Source: Parasynechococcus marenigrum WH 8102 (GTDB lineage: Bacteria; Cyanobacteriota; Cyanobacteriia; PCC-6307; Cyanobiaceae). From it: a DNA stretch of 32,000 nucleotides. The position numbers were made by a program, and so were the translations under genes. The stretch's first letter is position 1, and every line of letters begins with the position of its first letter. The notes under the pieces were generated by a model, which was not told the origin of the DNA, made no database searches, and saw nothing but the letters and a program-made list of their open reading frames with translations. Below are positions 1 to 5,763 of this stretch, piece after piece. The stretch lies in NCBI RefSeq assembly GCF_000195975.1, contig NC_005070.1:480001-512000 (forward strand), given 5' to 3'.

Positions 1-1
1 G

Positions 2-1420
2 CAGTTGCTGGCGGATCCCCGCGGCACCCGCGCCATGGCGGTGCGGGCCCAGCGACGGGCCCAGGAGCTGTTTGGTCCCCATCAGGCGGAGGCCTTCTGG
101 ACGCCGTTGGTCCAGCCACCGGCAGCACAAGTCAGAGCTCTGGCCGCGTCGCAGCGCCGCAGGTTGCTGGTGCTGAACGTTTACTTCGCCCCCCAGAGCG
201 TTGGGGGTGCCACCCGGATCGCCCAGGATCAGGTGCGGGACATCCAAGAGCAGCTCGGTGATCAGTGGGAGGTCACGGTGCTCTGCACCGAGTCGGCATC
301 CTGGCAGGAGGATCTTGATCGGGAGCCCGCTGATCCAAGCAAGCCCCGCAAGGTCTGGCAGATCGAACAGCCGTTGCCGATCCAGGTGCACCAATGGAAT
401 GGCGCGCGGGTGGTCCGCCTGACCCTGCCGCCCCGCAGCTGGAGCCGTCATCACGATGTGAGCGTGGAGGCCTTCTGTCGCCGCTGGTTTGCAGCAGAGC
501 GGTTCGATCTGGTGCACGCCCACTGCATCCAGGAGCTGGGCATCGGCCCGTTGACTGTGGCTCGAGACCTGGGGATTCCCTACGTCGTGACGCTCCACGA
601 CGGCTGGTGGCTGTCGCCGCGTCAGTTCCTTACCACCCCCAGTGGTCGTCCGGTCGATGTTCGCGACCCCCTGGGGCATAGGGAGGTGATGGCGGCGAGC
701 GATGCGGAGGAGCAGCAGCAGGACCGGCAGCGACGGACAGAGCTGGAGCAGGTGTTGGCCGGTGCTGCTAAGCGCCTGGCGGTGTCGCAGGCTTTTGCCG
801 ATTTACACGAGTATGCCGGTATTAAAAATGTGTCGGTGATGGAGAACCGCTGGCAGCCGATGCCGGCAGCGGGTCCCCGCAGCCAGCGACCTGCTGATCA
901 ACCGTTGCGCTGTTGCTTCATCGGCGGCCTGGCCTTCCACAAGGGAATGCACGTGGTTCAGGCGGCGTGTCTGCAGGCCAGGCCCGTAGCTCCCGGGCTT
1001 GAGCTCACGGTGATTGATTCCAGCCTTGAAACCGATGAGGAGCAGTGGATGCAGTGGGGAGAAACATCGGTCTGCGTGATTCCGCCAGTCCCTATGGCGG
1101 CGATGGCAGCGTTCTACGCCGAGCAGGATGTGCTGCTCGCCCCATCGATCTGGCCGGAAAGCTATGGCCTGGTCTCCCGGGAAGCGCTGTCGGCAGGTTT
1201 GTGGGTGGTGGCTAGCGATATCGGCGCCATGGCCGATCCGATTCGCCATGGTGAGAACGGTCACCGTGTGCCGGCCGGCGATGCCTCAGCACTGGCGGCG
1301 GTGCTGGAGCTGCTGTCTGCTGAGCATCCAACACCCCAGCCGTTGCTGGCCTTTGCCGGGGACCAGAAACCACTGCATCAAGAGCTGGATCAGCTGTACC
1401 GCAGTGTCCTGCGCCGATGA
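2..1420 (+). CDS. Glycosyltransferase, GT4 / group-1 type; 5' end runs off the window (partial)
   Basis: The reading frame is open from the window edge, and the TTG at 5 is only an ORF-finder start. The Rossmann-type start LLVLNVYFAPQSVGGATR and the C-terminal E-x7-E region PESYGLVSREALSAGLWVV...HGENG are typical of GT4 enzymes. The stop overlaps the next start (ATGA at 1417-1420). Confidence 0.8.
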   Translation, partial: QLLADPRGTRAMAVRAQRRAQELFGPHQAEAFWTPLVQPPAAQVRALAASQRRRLLVLNVYFAPQSVGGATRIAQDQVRDIQEQLGDQWEVTVLCTESASWQEDLDREPADPSKPRKVWQIEQPLPIQVHQWNGARVVRLTLPPRSWSRHHDVSVEAFCRRWFAAERFDLVHAHCIQELGIGPLTVARDLGIPYVVTLHDGWWLSPRQFLTTPSGRPVDVRDPLGHREVMAASDAEEQQQDRQRRTELEQVLAGAAKRLAVSQAFADLHEYAGIKNVSVMENRWQPMPAAGPRSQRPADQPLRCCFIGGLAFHKGMHVVQAACLQARPVAPGLELTVIDSSLETDEEQWMQWGETSVCVIPPVPMAAMAAFYAEQDVLLAPSIWPESYGLVSREALSAGLWVVASDIGAMADPIRHGENGHRVPAGDASALAAVLELLSAEHPTPQPLLAFAGDQKPLHQELDQLYRSVLRR

Positions 1421-2538
1421 ATGAGCAGCTGCAGGCCGATTCGGAGCTGGCTGCAGCCTCGTGGCTGCGCGATCCGCTGAACCCAGATCCGTTTGATCCA
1501 CTGGCGGAATGGTTTCGGATTCATGCCGAGATCGCAGCTGCCGCACAACCGATCCGCCTCCCCAAGTTGCTGGGAAAGCTCGATGGGCTTTATCCCGACG
1601 AATGGACCGCAGAACCGCAGTTGCTGGAGTACCGCGATGTTCTCTGGCTGCCGGATCGGGGCTGTCTGTTCCATGGCGGCAACGGTCGCGCGCTTCCCTG
1701 GACGGCCTTCAGCCGTTTCCCCCGCCAGCGTCAGCTGCCGCAGCAATCCATTCACCGAATCGAGTTGAGCAGACCGGTACCAAGTTTTCCGCGCCTGGAG
1801 CAGGCCCTCTGGCTGCCGCGGGTGAATGGCGCTGTTTTCGGTGAATGGCTCACCGAAGTGCTGGCCTTCCTCTGGCCCCTGCTGCTGAAGTCTCCCCAGG
1901 AACTGGTCGGGCTGCCGGTGTTGCTCGGTGATGCCGATTCGGAGGACCCATTGCTGGCGGTGCTGCACCGGTTGATGCGTGCCCAGCATCTGACGCCGCT
2001 GCTCAACCACCATCTGCCGGCGGCGTTGCATCTGGAGCGGGTGTTGGTGCCCCAACCGAGCTTGCGCCTTCACGCCGGAACGTCATCGGTGTGGTGGCGA
2101 TCGGCGGTGGCCCTGGGTGATCAGCTGGCGGCTGGAGTGGAAGCCGAGCCCGTCGACAAGCTCTATCTCTCCCGTTCGGCACTGCCGGACGATCGGCGCC
2201 GTATTCCGGGGGAAGCAGAGCTGGAGCTGGCTTTGGAGGCCAGCGGCTGGATGATCTGGCATCCCCAGCAGCAACCGTTGCAGGTGCAGGTGGCGGCCCT
2301 GCGGGCAGCACGGGTGATTGCCGGTTTCCATGGAGCGGCCTGGCATGGGCTGGGCTGGATTGATCCAGAGGCCCCAAAGCCCCGGCTGTTGGTGCTGGGG
2401 GATCGACCATCCCTGGATCTCATGCTGCAGCTGCGCTTGCAGCGGTTTGAGGGGTGGTACGTGCCCTGCCAGGAGGCAACGGCAGGCCAGGCAGAGCTGC
2501 TGGAGAGCTTGTTGGCAGACGCAGCGGCTTCAGAATGA
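1417..2538 (+). CDS. GT61 / DUF563-like glycosyltransferase (capsular-polysaccharide-biosynthesis-like)
   Basis: This is a 373-aa ORF with high GC3, translationally coupled to the upstream GT4 gene. The C-terminal block LYLSRS..RRRIPGEAELELALEASGW...AARVIAGFHGAAWHGLGW resembles the DUF563 signature (YxSR...R.i.NE.E...G.HGAgl.N). The family assignment is from memory. Confidence 0.65.
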   Translation: MNEQLQADSELAAASWLRDPLNPDPFDPLAEWFRIHAEIAAAAQPIRLPKLLGKLDGLYPDEWTAEPQLLEYRDVLWLPDRGCLFHGGNGRALPWTAFSRFPRQRQLPQQSIHRIELSRPVPSFPRLEQALWLPRVNGAVFGEWLTEVLAFLWPLLLKSPQELVGLPVLLGDADSEDPLLAVLHRLMRAQHLTPLLNHHLPAALHLERVLVPQPSLRLHAGTSSVWWRSAVALGDQLAAGVEAEPVDKLYLSRSALPDDRRRIPGEAELELALEASGWMIWHPQQQPLQVQVAALRAARVIAGFHGAAWHGLGWIDPEAPKPRLLVLGDRPSLDLMLQLRLQRFEGWYVPCQEATAGQAELLESLLADAAASE

Positions 2539-2542
2539 ACGG

Positions 2543-2950
2543 ATGAACCGCTCCAAGGACTGGTTTCACCAAGCAGCCGCTGATCTGGCTCAGGCCCAGC
2601 TGAGCGCCGAGGCCGGTCACCATGAGTGGGCTTGTTTCGCCTGTCATCAAGCCGTTGAAAAAGCCCTGAAGGCCATCCACCTGCAGCAGGGACAGCAGAG
2701 CTGGGGCCATGGCCTTGGCCGTTCATTTCGTGAGTTGCCACCTGCTGTTGCGGCAGATCTGGCCAACGCTGTCTGTGATCTGGAAGACCGGCTGCGGGTG
2801 CTGGATGCCCTTTATATCCCGACCCGTTACCCCGATAGCCTTCCAGAAGGTGCGCCCACCGATCATTTCGGCCGCCTGCAGAGCTCTGACGCCCTCAGCC
2901 ATGCCCGTGCGCTCCTTGACGCAATCCGTTTGGCGTTGGCCGACGCCTGA
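2543..2950 (+). CDS. HEPN domain protein (PF05168-like)
   Basis: The ATG at 2543 lies 4 nt after the preceding stop. The product starts MNRSKDWFHQAAADLAQAQLS...CHQAVEKALKAIHL...LDALYIPTRYPD, which is the classic HEPN helical-bundle signature. The 75-codon extension in the ORF track (2318) overlaps the GT61 gene and is rejected. Confidence 0.8.
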   Translation: MNRSKDWFHQAAADLAQAQLSAEAGHHEWACFACHQAVEKALKAIHLQQGQQSWGHGLGRSFRELPPAVAADLANAVCDLEDRLRVLDALYIPTRYPDSLPEGAPTDHFGRLQSSDALSHARALLDAIRLALADA

Positions 2951-3257
2951 GCAGGTGCTCGAGCAGGTGCAGGCCTGGGCCGTGGAGCAGAAGCAGAACG
3001 CACCTGGGCTGCAGCAGGTGGGGGTGTTCGGGAGCTATGGCCGCGGCAGCGCCGGATTCGGCAGCGACCTTGATCTGTTGATCGTCGATCTGGACGCCAG
3101 AGGCGGTCAAATCGATCGTTTGCAGCGCTGGCCCCTCGAGCAGCTGCCCTTGAGTTGTGATGCTCTCGTGCTGACGCCCAAAGAGCTGACCGCTCGGCTC
3201 ACGGATGGCTCGCGGATGGCCGCAGAGCTGCAGCGTGATCTGCTCTGGATGCTCTAG
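2901..3257 (+). CDS. Minimal nucleotidyltransferase (MNT, NTP_transf_2 type), partner of the HEPN protein
   Basis: It carries the G-S-x9-13-D-x-D motif: VGVFGSYGRGSAGFGSDLDLLIVD. The start is uncertain. ATG 2901 overlaps the HEPN gene by 50 nt; GTG 2955 lies 4 nt after the HEPN stop and would give a 100-aa protein with a typical ~24-aa helix before the GS motif. Confidence 0.78.
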   Translation: MPVRSLTQSVWRWPTPEQVLEQVQAWAVEQKQNAPGLQQVGVFGSYGRGSAGFGSDLDLLIVDLDARGGQIDRLQRWPLEQLPLSCDALVLTPKELTARLTDGSRMAAELQRDLLWML

Positions 3258-3259
3258 CG

Positions 3260-4075
3260 ATGGCTGCGAAACAGCGTCTGGATCTGGAGCTGCTCAGTCG
3301 CGGGCTGGTGGTCTCGCGGCAACAGGCGCAGCAACTGATCCGGGCCGGCAAGGTGCGCGATGGCGCCGGCACCCTGCTGGACAAGCCCGGCACCGAGGTG
3401 GCGGCAGCTCTGGAGCTGCGGGTTGAGCAGCCCCCCCGCTTCGTGTCGCGCGGCGGCGAGAAATTACTGGCGGGCCTGAAGGCCTTCCCGATCGCCACGG
3501 AAGGCCGCGTCTGCCTGGATGGCGGCATCTCCACCGGTGGCTTCACCGATTGCCTGCTCCAGCACGGTGCCTCCCGGGTGTATGGCGTGGATGTGGGCTA
3601 TGGCCAGACCGCCTGGAGCCTGCGCACCGATGAACGGGTGGTGTTGCGGGAACGCACCAACCTGCGCCACCTGCAGCCCGAGCAGCTGTACGGGGCGGAG
3701 GATCCCTGGCCCAGCCTGGCGGTGACCGATGTGTCGTTCATTTCTCTGCGTCTGGTGCTGCCGGCCTTGCGACGACTGCTGCAGCCAGCGGGTGGTCTCT
3801 GCCCTGAGGCCCTGGTGTTGGTGAAACCTCAGTTTGAAGTCGGTAAGGATCGGGTGGGCAAGGGCGGCGTGGTGCGCGATCCGGTAGCCCACCGCGATGC
3901 GATTGAGCTGGTGATGGCGGCGGCCGCTGAATTGGGCTGGTATCCGCAAGGGATCGTGGCTTCGCCGATCACCGGCCCAGCTGGCAACCATGAGTACGTG
4001 CTGTGGCTGGCGGAAGCGGAGGGAGCCTTGCTGCCGGATCTCGAGCCATTGGTGGCGACCACTTTGGCCAGCTGA
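3260..4075 (+). CDS. tlyA: TlyA-family 16S/23S rRNA (cytidine-2'-O)-methyltransferase (hemolysin A-like)
   Basis: It has an N-terminal S4-like segment (RLDLELLSRGLVVSRQQAQQLIRAGKV) and an FtsJ-type SAM motif (CLDGGISTGGFTDCLLQHGA). The length is 271 aa. Confidence 0.9.
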   Translation: MAAKQRLDLELLSRGLVVSRQQAQQLIRAGKVRDGAGTLLDKPGTEVAAALELRVEQPPRFVSRGGEKLLAGLKAFPIATEGRVCLDGGISTGGFTDCLLQHGASRVYGVDVGYGQTAWSLRTDERVVLRERTNLRHLQPEQLYGAEDPWPSLAVTDVSFISLRLVLPALRRLLQPAGGLCPEALVLVKPQFEVGKDRVGKGGVVRDPVAHRDAIELVMAAAAELGWYPQGIVASPITGPAGNHEYVLWLAEAEGALLPDLEPLVATTLAS

Positions 4076-4083
4076 TGGACAAC

Positions 4084-4115
4084 AAAAAAAGCCCGACCGC
4101 AGCGGCCGGGCTTTT
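4084..4115. terminator. Bidirectional rho-independent terminator between convergent tlyA and apcC
   Basis: An A7 run is followed by the GC-rich hairpin GCCCGACCGC / GCGGCCGGGC (one mismatch) and a T4 run. It therefore reads as stem plus U-tract on both strands. Confidence 0.6.
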
Positions 4116-4134
4116 CAGCTGATCGTTGAGGTGA

Positions 4135-4335
4135 TCAGTTACCGACGTTGACCTGACGGCCGCCGGTGCAGAGCTCCACCTTAATGATGCGGCCACCTTG
4201 CTTCTGAATCCGCTGTTGCTCAGCGAACCAGCTGTCGTAGGGGACCCACTTGGTGAAGAAGGTGTTCTGCAATTCGCGCTGCGTCCGCACCTTTTCAGGG
4301 CTGGGGATGCAGGCGGTGACTTTGAACAACCGCAT
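4135..4335 (-). CDS. apcC: Phycobilisome core linker LC7.8 (ApcC)
   Basis: The 66-aa product MRLFKVTACIPSPEKVRTQRELQNTFFTKWVPYDSWFAEQQRIQKQGGRIIKVEL is near-identical in pattern to known ApcC. It sits 5 nt downstream of apcB. Confidence 0.95.
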   Translation of the reverse strand: MRLFKVTACIPSPEKVRTQRELQNTFFTKWVPYDSWFAEQQRIQKQGGRIIKVELCTGGRQVNVGN

Positions 4336-4340
4336 GGGCC

Positions 4341-4829
4341 TCAGTTGCCCAGGCCGGAGCAGATGTAGTCGAAGTACACACCCATTTCCTTGCCGGCGTC
4401 TGGGCCGACCAGACCGGCGGTGACTTCCTTCATGGCCTGGATGGCCTGAACGGTGGCGCCGATGGGCACACCCAGGGAGTTGTAGGTCTCCTTGAGGCCG
4501 TTCAGAACACGCTCATCGAGGATGGAGGTGTCGCCGGCGAGCATGGCGTAGGTGGAATACCGCAGGTAGTAGTCCAGGTCGCGGATGCAGGCGGCGTAGC
4601 GGCGGGTGGTGTACATGTTGCCGCCGGGACGGGTGATGTCCGAGTACAGCAGAGCCTTGGCCACGGCATCACGAATGATGGCGGAGGCATTGGCGCTGAT
4701 GGTGGCGGCAGCGCGCACACGCAGCTCGCCGCTGGCGAAGTAGGACTCGAGGTTGGTCATCGAGGCCGTGTCCAGGTAGAGACCCTGAACGTCGGACTTA
4801 TTGATGACGTTGGTAATGGCGTCTTGCAT
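4341..4829 (-). CDS. apcB: Allophycocyanin beta subunit
   Basis: The 161-aa globin-fold phycobiliprotein starts [13 protein letters not shown] and contains [24 protein letters not shown]. The latter carries the consensus beta-72 Asn and the chromophore Cys. Confidence 0.97.
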   Translation of the reverse strand: MQDAITNVINKSDVQGLYLDTASMTNLESYFASGELRVRAAATISANASAIIRDAVAKALLYSDITRPGGNMYTTRRYAACIRDLDYYLRYSTYAMLAGDTSILDERVLNGLKETYNSLGVPIGATVQAIQAMKEVTAGLVGPDAGKEMGVYFDYICSGLGN

Positions 4830-4868
4830 GGATCCGAAAGGAGGCGTGAGGGGAGGTCAGCGGGGGGT

Positions 4869-5354
4869 TCAGGCGAGTGCGCCCACCACGTAGTCGAAGT
4901 AGGTGCCGGCTTCAGCGGCGTCATCGCCGGTCAGCAGACCCATGGCGACGGTCTTCATCTCACGCACGGCTTCCGCCATGGCCTCGAGGGGAGTGCCCAG
5001 GGAGCGATAGAGCTCCTTGGCGCCGATCACACCGATTTCTTCGATCGGGGTCACGTCACCCGCGACGATGCCGTAGGTCACCAGGCGCAGGTAGTAATCC
5101 ATGTCGCGCAGGCAGGTGGCGGTCATCTCTTCGCCGTAGGCGTTACCGCCGGGGGAGATGACGTCAGGGCGCTTCTGGAACAGCTGGCCGCCGGCCTGCT
5201 TCACAATCCGCTCGCGGCTCTCACACAGAACCTGAGCCACGCGTAGACGGCGTTGTCCGCCGGTCACGAAGGCTTTGATCTGGTCGAGTTCGCCAGGGCT
5301 GAGATAGCGGGCTTCGGCGTCCGCGTTGATGATCGAGTTGGAGACGATGCTCAT
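4869..5354 (-). CDS. apcA: Allophycocyanin alpha subunit
   Basis: The start was chosen at the conserved [24 protein letters not shown] (CAT at 5352-5354). The product is 161 aa and contains the chromophore motif [14 protein letters not shown]. The ORF-track extension to 5690 is non-homologous leader. Confidence 0.97.
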   Translation of the reverse strand: MSIVSNSIINADAEARYLSPGELDQIKAFVTGGQRRLRVAQVLCESRERIVKQAGGQLFQKRPDVISPGGNAYGEEMTATCLRDMDYYLRLVTYGIVAGDVTPIEEIGVIGAKELYRSLGTPLEAMAEAVREMKTVAMGLLTGDDAAEAGTYFDYVVGALA

Positions 5355-5391
5355 GCAGTTCTGCCTCGAAACAAGCGGCCGCCCGTAGGAG

Positions 5392-5453
5392 ACCGGTATC
5401 CGGTGAATAAGGGGTGATCCCGAAGGATCGCGTCTCAGACTAAAGGCTGAGAC
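5392..5453 (-). other. Three consecutive small stem-loops in the apcA leader
   Basis: Read directly from the sequence: ACCGG-tat-CCGGT (5392-5404), GATCC-cgaa-GGATC (5416-5429) and GTCTCAG-actaaagg-CTGAGAC (5432-5453). They lie 38-99 nt upstream of the apcA AUG. Their function is unknown. Confidence 0.35.
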
Positions 5454-5663
5454 AGGGGGTCGAAGCGTCAGAGGCGAAGCTTGTTCACAACGATCAACAC
5501 GTGATCGGTGTGGCGTCGCTCTGTCGCGTTCGGCTGACGCATCCTGCACCGGCATTGCCCTGTGGTTTTTGGCCGGGTAACAGTTCTTCACGGCCCTGAC
5601 GCCGTGGGCAGACCCGTTGCTGCAGCTGTGGTTTGCCGGGGTTTTCTCTCGCGGTTTGATGAC

Positions 5664-5697
5664 AGCAAAAGAGCCCGGATGAAGCAGCACTTCACCC
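5664..5697 (-). terminator. Candidate apcE terminator
   Basis: The minus strand reads GGGUGAAG-ugcug-CUUCAUCC (8 bp, one A.C mismatch) followed by GGGCUCUUUUGCUGUC. It lies 66 nt after the apcE stop. Confidence 0.4.
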
Positions 5698-5763
5698 AGG
5701 CAAATTGATCGAGAACGCCAGGAATTGACGTTCTGAATTGTTAGGACGACAGCCTCAGCGTCC

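Noticed and set aside
2543-2570. R-x5-H (RSKDWFH) in the HEPN protein as the catalytic RNase motif.
   Set aside because: It lies at the extreme N-terminus, in the helix that is generically conserved in this HEPN family. It is not at the C-terminal helix position of the Rx4-6H active site, so it is likely coincidental.
4830-4868. Possible Yfr1-like sRNA motif (CUCCCCUCACGCC resembles the conserved ACUCCUCACAC box) in the apcA-apcB spacer.
   Set aside because: The match is only partial. The 39-nt spacer lies inside the apcABC operon and has no flanking stem-loops or terminator. It is better explained as the CU-rich apcB leader.
5355-5690. 112-codon N-terminal extension of the apcA ORF (ORF track 4869..5690). 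Analogous extensions occur for apcE (to 8793), nadE (to 21325), nadD (to 21909), the HEPN gene (from 2318) and groES (from 30280).
   Set aside because: In each case a conserved, family-typical N-terminus begins at an internal ATG. The extension also either overlaps the upstream gene or a regulatory element, or has non-protein-like composition.
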